From a virus, in the IMG/VR virus record IMGVR_UViG_3300024987_000055: a DNA stretch of 64,000 bases. The stretch is one strand, 5' to 3'. The stretch's first letter is position 1. Every line of letters begins with the position of its first letter. Shown here piece by piece: positions 9,661 to 18,225 of the stretch. The notes below the pieces were generated by a model, which made no database searches, was not told where the DNA came from, and worked only from the letters and a program-made list of their open reading frames with translations. Made by a program: the position numbers and the translations under genes.

Positions 9661-10470
9661 TTAAGCGACTTTGATGGGCGTAGTGCGAAAGTCTTTCAGG
9701 TTATGGAAAAATCCCCTGTATGGTGTCATTCCGTGTCTGAATAGGCTCCATAATAGCGAACATCCCATTTGAGTTATTGATGCATTGATATATAAGTCCT
9801 GTTTTTCTAAAGCTTCTGCTAAGCTACAACTCGGTATATCTTCCTTTAATTCGGACTGCTTTAGCAGTTCGCCAAATTCTTCCGTAATAAACGGCAGATT
9901 TTCAATAGCCTGAAATTTTTCTGAATCAGGCTGTTTTATTTTCCCAACCGTTGAAAGTAATACCTGCCCAGTATGGGTTGCATTCCCGAAGTCTATCCAA
10001 TATTTAGGTTCATCCCTATGTTTGCTGAATGTTTCGTGAACAGTGGTAAGGATTTCCGCAACTTCAAATCTAGCCTTTACATTGTCCACACAGGTAATCG
10101 TGATTGTCGCACTAACATGGTCAGGCAATCGTTTAAAGCTATCCCTTTCAAATTTGCGGGTCTCAGCTTTCCAATTAGTACCTGCCCATCTGTTCGTACG
10201 ATTAATTAGAGCAACAGATTTATACTGTCCAGTTTCACAATCTGCAAAACGTTGTCTACCCAAATTGGCACTTGTGATGATATCATCATCCCATAATCTT
10301 ACAAAAAGTCCTGCATGACCTAATGCAATCAGGCTGTGGTTCATTTCCAAAAGTGCCGTTAATACTTTAGAGCCTGTCCCTCCTGCTCCAATCAGGTTTA
10401 TTGCTATAGGATTAGTCGGTGCAATTAAATAATTGTCAACAAAATGAACGGCAGTTTTTAATGTATTCAT
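9661..10470 (-). CDS. PRTRC system ThiF/E1-like protein
   Basis: GAGGTGS, DDDII..NLGRQ, CVDN..AR, SCSLAEALEKQDLYIN. Confidence 0.92.
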   Translation of the reverse strand: MNTLKTAVHFVDNYLIAPTNPIAINLIGAGGTGSKVLTALLEMNHSLIALGHAGLFVRLWDDDIITSANLGRQRFADCETGQYKSVALINRTNRWAGTNWKAETRKFERDSFKRLPDHVSATITITCVDNVKARFEVAEILTTVHETFSKHRDEPKYWIDFGNATHTGQVLLSTVGKIKQPDSEKFQAIENLPFITEEFGELLKQSELKEDIPSCSLAEALEKQDLYINASITQMGCSLLWSLFRHGMTPYRGFFHNLKDFRTTPIKVA

Positions 10471-11192
10471 CGCAGTAGTTTTTTTAAGGTGAAATTATTT
10501 CTTTTCAATACTTCCATAGGAAACTGTTTATCCGTTCCGATAAGTTCTTTCCAAACAGTAACACAATTTCCGTTTATGGGGTTATTACCACCCAAAAGAT
10601 GGCTGAAATAGCTATTGAAAAAATAGTATTCCCATGCTGAGGTAAACTCTTCCACCGATGCTGATTTTTTTATATCAACATTTATTGTACCCATGCAAAC
10701 GTTGCCTTTATCATAAACATTAAAAAAGGGCGCATGGTGTAATGGCGTATTTTCGCTAGGTCTTCTGTCGCTTGCCAAAGCAAAAACAGACAACCTATTT
10801 TTTGTTGCGTGCCAAAGCATTGGAGGCACATTAGCTTTACCATTAGGGATTCCAAGCCCATCAATAAAAAACAATTGTCTTTTTTGTGCTTTTGTGTACC
10901 ATAACACCGATCCTTTTGCCACAGGATTAATATGTAAAACATTCGTTGGCAATATGCCTTTAGGCTTTAAATAGGCTTTATTCTTTTCCTCCTCGGTTTG
11001 TAGAGCAGTCGCTAATTCCTCTGCTTCTTTAACGGTCAAAGGGTGAGCATTCACAGGGTTTCCATTGTTGTCCATATCAAAATGCTCTACATACATCGGT
11101 GAATTACTATCTCTGGAATCATAAAATACCAATGCACTTTTAGGAAAGAACATTGTTCCAAAATCATCTGTAATATCTAATGGAGTACTCAT
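10467..11192 (-). CDS. PRTRC system protein B (prokaryotic E2-like)
   Basis: HAPFFNVYDKGNVCMG with putative catalytic Cys; WE..FFNSYFSH. Confidence 0.88.
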   Translation of the reverse strand: MSTPLDITDDFGTMFFPKSALVFYDSRDSNSPMYVEHFDMDNNGNPVNAHPLTVKEAEELATALQTEEEKNKAYLKPKGILPTNVLHINPVAKGSVLWYTKAQKRQLFFIDGLGIPNGKANVPPMLWHATKNRLSVFALASDRRPSENTPLHHAPFFNVYDKGNVCMGTINVDIKKSASVEEFTSAWEYYFFNSYFSHLLGGNNPINGNCVTVWKELIGTDKQFPMEVLKRNNFTLKKLLR

Positions 11193-12370
11193 CTGCCAAA
11201 TATTTTATGGTTATGCAATAGGTAGGTTAAGTCTTCTAAAAGTGTAAAAAGCTTGCATTCAAAATTGAGATTATCAGCAGGTATTTTCCTTCCATCGAAA
11301 TTTTTAAGGATAACTGGTTCTTGCATTCTCCCATATTCATTGAACTCATTGTTAAGCTGTTCTATAATACTATCAGGTAACCAACCGCTGATGTCTGATA
11401 TGAAGGAAATGTATTTATCCATACCGATTGATTCATTCTCATAATAATCCTCATTTGTGTCTTCGTCTTCTACCGAAGCATTTCTGAAAATGCTTTCTTT
11501 AGGATATAAGGTATAGAGCGACAACGCATTTTCAGCAACTTTTTTACAAGCATTGTCAAATTTATTCAGACCATTAAATTTTTCAATGCGCAGATGAAGC
11601 AAGTCTAAGTTGATCCTATTAAAGATTTTTTGTTCCATCCTATCGCCTATCCAATCCGCTTTATCAAATTCTTGCAAATAGCTTTTTGTCAATTCTTCTT
11701 CCTCTTCCTGTTCTACCCACTCTTTATGGATTTCATACATCCAAGCAAGATAACTTTGATCCTGCCGATAGTATGGGATATCAGCAATATGATACAGGTA
11801 ACTGCATACGGACAATAATAATTGTGCTGATTTTTTTCGTTCAGGGTCTTTCAGTAGTTTATAAAGCGGTATGATTGGAACATAATATAAAATCGTATCT
11901 ATATTGCATTTTTCCTCAATAGCGATATAAGTATTGCTACTATGCTGTAGCAATTTGAAATCAGCCCAACAAGCAAGGGAACGTCTAACTTTGGCTTGCA
12001 TATCCCACATTGACAAGGCAATATTATAGGGATAACTAAAATTCTTTATTGGCATTGCACTGATATTGTAATGACGCTCAACTTTGGAAAGGGATTTATA
12101 AAAATCCCTTTCTGTTTTTCCTTTATTCAGGTGTACTGCATCTTTAGTGTTTAGCTTAGGAAGAAATGTACAATTTAAAAAGGCATTGGTAGCATCGCTA
12201 CTGGTACGGACTGCTGTTTGTCCTGCTGTACTTCGTTTGCATCTTTTGGTCTTTTCATCCATTCTACGAATTTTCCGAGTTGTAGATGCAAGACCTGTTG
12301 TCTTTTTTCTATCGGCAATTCTATTGTTCCTGATATTATCTTTCGTTCCATTGTTCATGATCTTTAGCAT
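11189..12370 (-). CDS. PRTRC-associated protein (protein F-like)
   Basis: Position between proteins C and B with 4-bp overlap; no catalytic motif recognised. Confidence 0.55.
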   Translation of the reverse strand: MLKIMNNGTKDNIRNNRIADRKKTTGLASTTRKIRRMDEKTKRCKRSTAGQTAVRTSSDATNAFLNCTFLPKLNTKDAVHLNKGKTERDFYKSLSKVERHYNISAMPIKNFSYPYNIALSMWDMQAKVRRSLACWADFKLLQHSSNTYIAIEEKCNIDTILYYVPIIPLYKLLKDPERKKSAQLLLSVCSYLYHIADIPYYRQDQSYLAWMYEIHKEWVEQEEEEELTKSYLQEFDKADWIGDRMEQKIFNRINLDLLHLRIEKFNGLNKFDNACKKVAENALSLYTLYPKESIFRNASVEDEDTNEDYYENESIGMDKYISFISDISGWLPDSIIEQLNNEFNEYGRMQEPVILKNFDGRKIPADNLNFECKLFTLLEDLTYLLHNHKIFGR

Positions 12371-12375
12371 TTACG

Positions 12376-12591
12376 TTAACCTTTTGTCCCCATTACGCTT
12401 TCGAATATATACTCTATTGCATCGTCTTTAATTTTAGGAGCAGATACTTTTGCGGTAGTCAATATTGGATACAAACTTGCATAGTGATTCATTACTGCAT
12501 CCGTACTCCATCGTGGCTCAGGGTCATTTAAACGAATATTTTGCCCTTTATCTTTGAGTATAAAAACCCTTATTAAATCTGTAACTAACAT
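12376..12591 (-). CDS. PRTRC system protein C (ubiquitin-like)
   Basis: 71 aa; RVF..L.DP...S.DAVMNHYA..YP.LTTA; ends in GTKG. Confidence 0.9.
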   Translation of the reverse strand: MLVTDLIRVFILKDKGQNIRLNDPEPRWSTDAVMNHYASLYPILTTAKVSAPKIKDDAIEYIFESVMGTKG

Positions 12592-12626
12592 AGTTTATAA
12601 ATTAATTATTAATAATAAATGACCAA

Positions 12627-13274
12627 TTAATTGGTTTCCTCTTCTAAGCTATTTTCTTCTTCATCTGGTTCAGTATATTTGTTCTCTGCTATTATTGGCT
12701 GTAGTTGTTGGCTTGTTTCATCCATTGAACCAAATAGACTTGGCGCAGCAAATTTGTCAGATAAGGATTTCTTACGTTTTAAGATTTCCTCTGCTTTTTC
12801 AGGGTATTCTGTAACATCAGGCACTTTCATCCATGCATCCCGGTGTTTCCCTTCTTTTTCCAATTCATCCGCTTTTGCCATTGCTTCTTTATACTTTTTG
12901 TCTTTGGTTTCCTGCTCCTTTTTCGCTTTATCTGTTTTATCCTTTTCCATTGCAGATTGTTTTTTGACTTCGTCCATTTGCTTCTCGAATGCTGCCATAT
13001 CAACCAACAGTCCCGATACCTTTTGTACTGGCACTGTAATACGTTGAAAAAAACCCTCGTCAAATTCCTGTGGGGTGGCATTTATTGTTATGGAAGGAAT
13101 AAGATTTTTAGCCTTATCTCCGCAAGCATCATTTAGAACTAAGACAGATACAATAAGACTGTTTTCTATCCCTTTGGAAATGTTCAGTTGCAATACTCCC
13201 GTAAAGTCTAACTGCGCTATTTGATTAAAAAAATTTGTATTCATGTTATTCAATTTTTTGTTTTCTAATTTCAA
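12627..13274 (-). CDS. PRTRC system protein E
   Basis: NFFNQI..ATPQEFDEGFF..I; charged coiled coil; PSLF; acidic tail. Confidence 0.85.
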   Translation of the reverse strand: MKLENKKLNNMNTNFFNQIAQLDFTGVLQLNISKGIENSLIVSVLVLNDACGDKAKNLIPSITINATPQEFDEGFFQRITVPVQKVSGLLVDMAAFEKQMDEVKKQSAMEKDKTDKAKKEQETKDKKYKEAMAKADELEKEGKHRDAWMKVPDVTEYPEKAEEILKRKKSLSDKFAAPSLFGSMDETSQQLQPIIAENKYTEPDEEENSLEEETN

Positions 13275-13276
13275 TT

Positions 13277-13756
13277 TTACCCGATTCTATTCATCGACCT
13301 GAAATGCTCAATCATTTTATCTGCTTCGATTTCAGTTTTACATTTCTTTAATTCGTAAACCAATCTTTCAACTTCCTTAACTGCTATCGTTGGGTCTAGA
13401 CCATATTCAAAATATTGACCTTCTATCTTTACCAATACTCTATATGGCTTTGTTATTACGCTTCGTAACTTTTGCGCTTGCCGAGCATAATCCACTATTC
13501 CAGTGTTGCGGTATAATTCTAAGAACTGAATCATTTTAAAGTATCGTCCAAACCTAACAAGGGAAGATTTCTTGTTCTTTGTGCGCTTGGATTTATTTCT
13601 AATCCTCAAATCGTCTTGGAATTGTTCATAGGTATAGTCCTTGAATTCTGCGCAAAGGATTGCAAATGCAAAAACAGGTTGTTGTTTATAGAGTCTTCTA
13701 GCTTTTCGCAACCTGCGAATATTTGCTAATCTTTCAGGAGTAAACGGCTTGCCCAT
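13277..13756 (-). CDS. Hypothetical basic protein
   Basis: 159-aa ORF, tightly packed in the operon. Confidence 0.7.
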   Translation of the reverse strand: MGKPFTPERLANIRRLRKARRLYKQQPVFAFAILCAEFKDYTYEQFQDDLRIRNKSKRTKNKKSSLVRFGRYFKMIQFLELYRNTGIVDYARQAQKLRSVITKPYRVLVKIEGQYFEYGLDPTIAVKEVERLVYELKKCKTEIEADKMIEHFRSMNRIG

Positions 13757-13781
13757 AGCAGTATAAGAATTTCAGGATTAA

Positions 13782-14015
13782 TTATTGTTTTTGCTTATCT
13801 CTAATAGTTTTCAGTTTTTCATATAAGTCCGTCCAGTATGCGCACTGCCTGTTGTCAAATTCTTCGAAACCTTTATTTACGTGGCGGTATTCTTTGTAAT
13901 CGTCAGCAATTCGAATTGCTTCGTCGAGGTCGGTTACTTCTATATTATTCCCGTTTAAATCAGTTACGTTCATCATTTTTTGACGTTTTGGATTGAGCAA
14001 AAATTTTATCATCAT
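13782..14015 (-). CDS. Hypothetical small protein
   Basis: Likely starts at M(M)NVTDLNGNNIEVTDL; in operon. Confidence 0.65.
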   Translation of the reverse strand: MMIKFLLNPKRQKMMNVTDLNGNNIEVTDLDEAIRIADDYKEYRHVNKGFEEFDNRQCAYWTDLYEKLKTIRDKQKQ

Positions 14016-14385
14016 TAAAAAGCAGGTTTATTGCATCTCTTAAGTAATAATCACATTCGTTTCCTTTTGCAAAATCAATAAGACAATGAATGGTAAATAG
14101 CGTATTATGCCCGTCAAAAAACTGGTCAATAAACCAATTCGGCTTTTTAATATATTTACTTTGGTTTTCTTCGATTGCGTTGTTGGCAACTTGAACCAAT
14201 CTGTACCAAAAGTCAGCAGTAATGAAACCGCGTTTGTTCCACTCCTTACGAATGGTAACCTCTTCTTTTAAATAGTAGTTACACTGTTGTTTTATGGCGT
14301 TCTGAATGTTTGGCAGTTCTTCGGGAAATAAGTCAATAAGCAATTTCCCTTTTTCCAAATTGTCCATTTTATATAAAGCTTTCAT
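13960..14385 (-). CDS. Hypothetical protein
   Basis: 141-aa ORF in operon. Confidence 0.7.
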   Translation of the reverse strand: MKALYKMDNLEKGKLLIDLFPEELPNIQNAIKQQCNYYLKEEVTIRKEWNKRGFITADFWYRLVQVANNAIEENQSKYIKKPNWFIDQFFDGHNTLFTIHCLIDFAKGNECDYYLRDAINLLFNDDKIFAQSKTSKNDERN

Positions 14386-14397
14386 AAGATAAAATTT

Positions 14398-14425
14398 AAG
14401 GCTACTACCAAAAGGCAGTAGCCTT
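14398..14425 (-). terminator. Hairpin after DUF932 gene
   Basis: AAGGCTACTACC-aaaa-GGCAGTAGCCTT (one mismatch). Confidence 0.6.
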
Positions 14426-14431
14426 TGTGAA

Positions 14432-15505
14432 TTAATTGAATTTTAATATTTCTGCTCCGTCCATAGCAAAGGAGGTACACAGGTCAAATGCGCTTTGACT
14501 TCTTTTTTGAGCAGTACCACCTAATACGATATTCTTAAGCTTATCTTCATCGTCTTTGAATTTTTTCACATTCTGATAATAACCAGTAACAGCGTTGTAA
14601 GCCCCGAACAGTGTACCTTTAGTGGTGTCCAATTGTTGTGAATCGCTGGTCATCGCATAGGCAAAAGCATCTTCAACTATGTTTTTGAATGCCGTAGAAA
14701 TTTCACTTTCAGCGCCATTTTTTATTAATGCTAGGGTTTCGGTATTTGGGCATAATGCCAACTGTATGAGTTTTTTCACTTCATGGTCTGTTATGTTGAC
14801 CTTTGTCCAGTTATTAAATACTCCTTCCAATTTGTTGCTCATGGTGTTTGCTATTCCCATGATTTTATGCGCATTGTCCAGGCGTTCTTTTGCTCCGGCG
14901 GTATGTTTGATACGAACTACATTGTTCATGTTGCGGAATGCCGCATTAAGCGTATTTTGGCAGACAATCCGAACGGGGGTAAATGCTGCGGTAATACTTC
15001 CACTTCCATCATGGCTCGTTGTTAAGAAGATATATTTTTCTGTAACGTCGTCGCCATTGCCCACCCTGATATAATCAGGCAGTTTTGCTGTGATGAAAAT
15101 TCGTTCACCGTTACCTAATGCGCCTGCTGTTTCATATAGTATGCCATCATTACCACCGACAATAGCATCAAAGAAGCCGAATGCATCTTTATTCTGAATA
15201 ATGTGGTAGTCATTGCCTACTACGCCCAAAACACAATTATTGTCTGTACGGATATTAGCAAAGCAGTTAGGGACTTCTATTTCTGAACTTCCTACTTCTA
15301 TGCCGTGAGTAGTTTCAATGATACCCGAACCTTTTGTATATAAAGGGGATTTAACGACTTCAAAATCTAGCCCTGCATGAATGATTGCTTCACTACTTGT
15401 AGGGTATTGATCTACGATTTGGCCTAGTCCGTGCCATGCTTTTTGTTTAACGCTAAAGAAGGAATAACGGCCTGTATTTTCGTTGAAATTGATGTTGTGT
15501 GCCAT
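14432..15505 (-). CDS. DUF932 / phage-plasmid-like protein
   Basis: MAHN..FFS...AWHGLG, YETAGAL..G, TSHDGSG, TPVRIVCQNTL. Confidence 0.9.
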   Translation of the reverse strand: MAHNINFNENTGRYSFFSVKQKAWHGLGQIVDQYPTSSEAIIHAGLDFEVVKSPLYTKGSGIIETTHGIEVGSSEIEVPNCFANIRTDNNCVLGVVGNDYHIIQNKDAFGFFDAIVGGNDGILYETAGALGNGERIFITAKLPDYIRVGNGDDVTEKYIFLTTSHDGSGSITAAFTPVRIVCQNTLNAAFRNMNNVVRIKHTAGAKERLDNAHKIMGIANTMSNKLEGVFNNWTKVNITDHEVKKLIQLALCPNTETLALIKNGAESEISTAFKNIVEDAFAYAMTSDSQQLDTTKGTLFGAYNAVTGYYQNVKKFKDDEDKLKNIVLGGTAQKRSQSAFDLCTSFAMDGAEILKFN

Positions 15506-15554
15506 GATATAAAATTTTTGATGTTTAGAAAATTGTTTGAGCGTTTGGTAGTTT

Positions 15555-15932
15555 TTAAAATGGTAAGTCGTCTTTTGATTCCTCTTGGCTTTGTCCTTCG
15601 GTATCTTGTACGGATTCGGCTTTTCTTCCTCCTGCTAAAGTTTTGATATTAGAGGTATGAAAGTTCAATCCTGCTTTGGGTTCCCCCTCCTTGCTTACCC
15701 ATGCCCTTGCACTTACATTGCCTGTCAGCTCAACCAATAGCCCTTTGGTAAGCATTTTTAGCACCTTTGTTGATTTCCAGTAAGAGCAACTGAAAAAGGA
15801 CGTTTGCTCTACACGTTCGCCCTGTTTGTTCTTGTAGCTATCGTTAACTGCTACTGAAAAGTTTACGACCTGCTTGCCGTTCATTGTCGTGTTTACTTCG
15901 GCATCTCTTGTTAATCTCCCTGTGATGTTCAT
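15555..15932 (-). CDS. ssb: Single-stranded DNA-binding protein
   Basis: GRLTRDAE..FSVAVN; C-terminal DDLPF. Confidence 0.95.
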   Translation of the reverse strand: MNITGRLTRDAEVNTTMNGKQVVNFSVAVNDSYKNKQGERVEQTSFFSCSYWKSTKVLKMLTKGLLVELTGNVSARAWVSKEGEPKAGLNFHTSNIKTLAGGRKAESVQDTEGQSQEESKDDLPF

Positions 15933-16013
15933 AATCTTTACGTTTTAAAATTTTTAAAAATGTTTACTTCTTTTTCGTCTTTCTTTCTTGGTGGCTCGCT
16001 TTGCTTCGCTTCT

Positions 16014-16210
16014 CATTTTTCCAAAAGAAAACCGGAAAAAGAAAGTAAAATGAAGCAGTAGGCAATAGCGCAGACCTAGAGAAAAAATGATTTAATGGGG
16101 GTTCCTTTTAAGGGGGAAACCGTTCATTCATTTTTTCTATAGGTGGCTTTGTGGGTGTGCTGACTACGCTATTTTCACTGCGCTTTTACCGGTTGAGTTG
16201 TGGAAAATGC
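16014..16210. promoter_or_regulatory. ~200-nt nested inverted repeat (rod-like hairpin); candidate ssDNA promoter/ssi or structured RNA
   Basis: Nested arms 16030-41/16183-94, 16055-59/16177-81, 16064-70/16167-73, 16074-90/16128-44; lies upstream of ssb. Confidence 0.6.
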
Positions 16211-16361
16211 ATAAATGCATTGTGTCTAATTCTTTTAGCCAGGCTTCGATAGCCTGGTACTGAAATTTGGATATTGAATGGAAGGGTAATGCGCTAGGGA
16301 GAATATTCAATTTTCAGAAAAGAAAACAGTCAAAGCTCTTTGACCATATTCAAGGAATAGG

Positions 16362-16583
16362 TTAATGTGCTTTGACTGATAAACACCAATTGAAATCATC
16401 GCCAGGGATGGAAACGGCATCCTTCGAATAAGTCGAAGATATAGAGGACAGCCCGGTCCAATGGGAGGCGCATAACGAGATGCTTTTCACAAAATATTTT
16501 TGCAATTGACTTACCAGAGGAACGAAAATAGCGACCTCATAGTGCCAAATAGAACCACATTTCAAGATTGATAAATCTCTCAT
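16362..16583 (-). CDS. Possible small hypothetical ORF
   Basis: Only the ORF call; no motif. Confidence 0.25.
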   Translation of the reverse strand: MRDLSILKCGSIWHYEVAIFVPLVSQLQKYFVKSISLCASHWTGLSSISSTYSKDAVSIPGDDFNWCLSVKAH

Positions 16584-16817
16584 GCTTTATTTGCTAATAA
16601 TGAAACTATGCTATTAAAAATGAGGATATTATGGTTAAGGAAAATAGATTAGAAAAGTACCAAGAGGTGTCAGCCCTTAAAGGAATTTTGGTGTGTCAAA
16701 TTGTACAACTATTCAGGTATTGTATACTAACAAACTGGTTTTGTTTCGAGGTGATGAATGAAACCTCAGAAATTTATGCTAGAGCAATCGGGTAATTTGA
16801 AAATAAGACAGAGAGAT

Positions 16818-17078
16818 ATGTTAGTAGATATAGTGACGAAGAAAGACCTGGAAGAGTTCCGGATTAAATTGCTGGAAGAGATTAAGCAAGTCTTAAACCT
16901 ACAAGTTGAGAAGAGTTATCCTAAATCAATTAAGACAAAGGAAGTCCTTAAGATTTTACAGATATCCGCTGGGAAATTACAAAGCTTAAGGATATCTGGA
17001 GAGTTGTCCTATAAAAAGGTTGGAGGAAACTATTATTACAACTATAAAGAAGTAAAACAGCTACTACCAAAAGATTAA
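16818..17078 (+). CDS. HTH_17/MerR-like DNA-binding protein (excisionase-like)
   Basis: IVTKKDLEEF..IKTKEVLKILQISAGKLQSLRISGELSYKKVGG; start moved from 16758. Confidence 0.8.
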   Translation: MLVDIVTKKDLEEFRIKLLEEIKQVLNLQVEKSYPKSIKTKEVLKILQISAGKLQSLRISGELSYKKVGGNYYYNYKEVKQLLPKD

Positions 17079-17091
17079 TAAGAGGATAAAA

Positions 17092-17364
17092 ATGTGGAAT
17101 GACGAGATAATAAGAAAGGCGACTAAAGATCAACGATTAACAGTCTCACATATGGCATTGCTTTTTGCCATTATTGTATTGTGCCATAGAGAAAAGGGTT
17201 ACCGGGCCATTCAAACTTCAAGAAAAGTATTAATGAGTAAGTCCCATATAGGAAGCCTGCCAACCTATCATAAATGTATCAAGGATTTAGAGAAGCTAAA
17301 TTATGTGGAGTATCATCCTTCCTACCATCCAAAATTAGGTAGTAGAATAAAACTTTTGATTTAA
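17092..17364 (+). CDS. Small winged-helix-like protein
   Basis: SRKVLMSKSHIGSLPTYHKCIKDL...YVEYHPSYHP, typical of Bacteroidota mobile-element HTH proteins. Confidence 0.65.
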   Translation: MWNDEIIRKATKDQRLTVSHMALLFAIIVLCHREKGYRAIQTSRKVLMSKSHIGSLPTYHKCIKDLEKLNYVEYHPSYHPKLGSRIKLLI

Positions 17365-17673
17365 TATGATTAAAATTAGTATTCGCGTTGATTTACAGGG
17401 GTATAGTATTGAATGGTAAGGGAAGATAAGTTTAGATATTTTAAATTGTGGTTTAGAAGGCAATGAAAGAAATAATTACTTTATTATAAAATATTTGAAC
17501 AGAATAATCTTAACTTGGGATAAAAATTCCCGATCTCACAGTTAGTGTAATACTAAAAATTCTAAGCCAGTTTATAATTTAGATGCCTTGTGTCTTCAAA
17601 AAGAATATCATTATGCAGGTCATCAAAATAAAAATGATAGATGATTTCACATTTCTTGAATTTTAGGGTAATA

Positions 17674-18091
17674 CGATTTATTCTTTTTCAATTTACTTAC
17701 TATCAATTTATAATTATCATGGATTTCAAAATTGATAGTAAGGGTTGTTCTGTAAGGCACTTATCAAAAGATCAAATATTTGTTGGGGAGATATTTATAA
17801 ATGGATCTCCTATAATCGAAAAAAGACTGATATTTTAAATATAGAACCCCTCCTTCCACCTGCTATAACTATTAATAATAAATACAGTATTCAAAATCAT
17901 GAAAACGGAAAATTATTGCCAATAATTTCAAATCAAAAAATGAATGCTTTTTTTAGAAAATTTGAAACATTTGCTCAATAAACAAAGAACTTACATTCTA
18001 CATCCTTGGACATACGTTTTCGACAAATGTAATGTTACCTAATGGCGTACCGCTAATTACCGTTTCAATGATCTTAGGACACAAAAAATAA
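17674..18091 (+). pseudogene. Degenerate tyrosine integrase (C-terminal remnant)
   Basis: Across three frames: VRHLSKDQIFVG / KWISYNRKKTD..PLLPPA..GKLLPIISNQKMNAF / INKELTFYILGHTFSTNVMLPNGVPLITVSMILGHKK*; frameshifted, RH changed to GH, stops before catalytic Tyr. Confidence 0.85.
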
Positions 18092-18225
18092 TCAAAATTT
18101 CCAAGGTAGTTATAGATTCAAAATTGTAAGGAATATTAGTATATTTAAAATACCTTTGTTTTGGGTATAATTGTTGGAAATACCCATTTTTATACCTATT
18201 ATCTCAATAGAATTAGGAATCAAAA

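Noticed and set aside
15933-17640. oriT of the ICE
   Set aside because: No intact relaxase or mob operon nearby and no nic motif I can recognise; the hairpin is reported only as a candidate ssDNA promoter/ssi.
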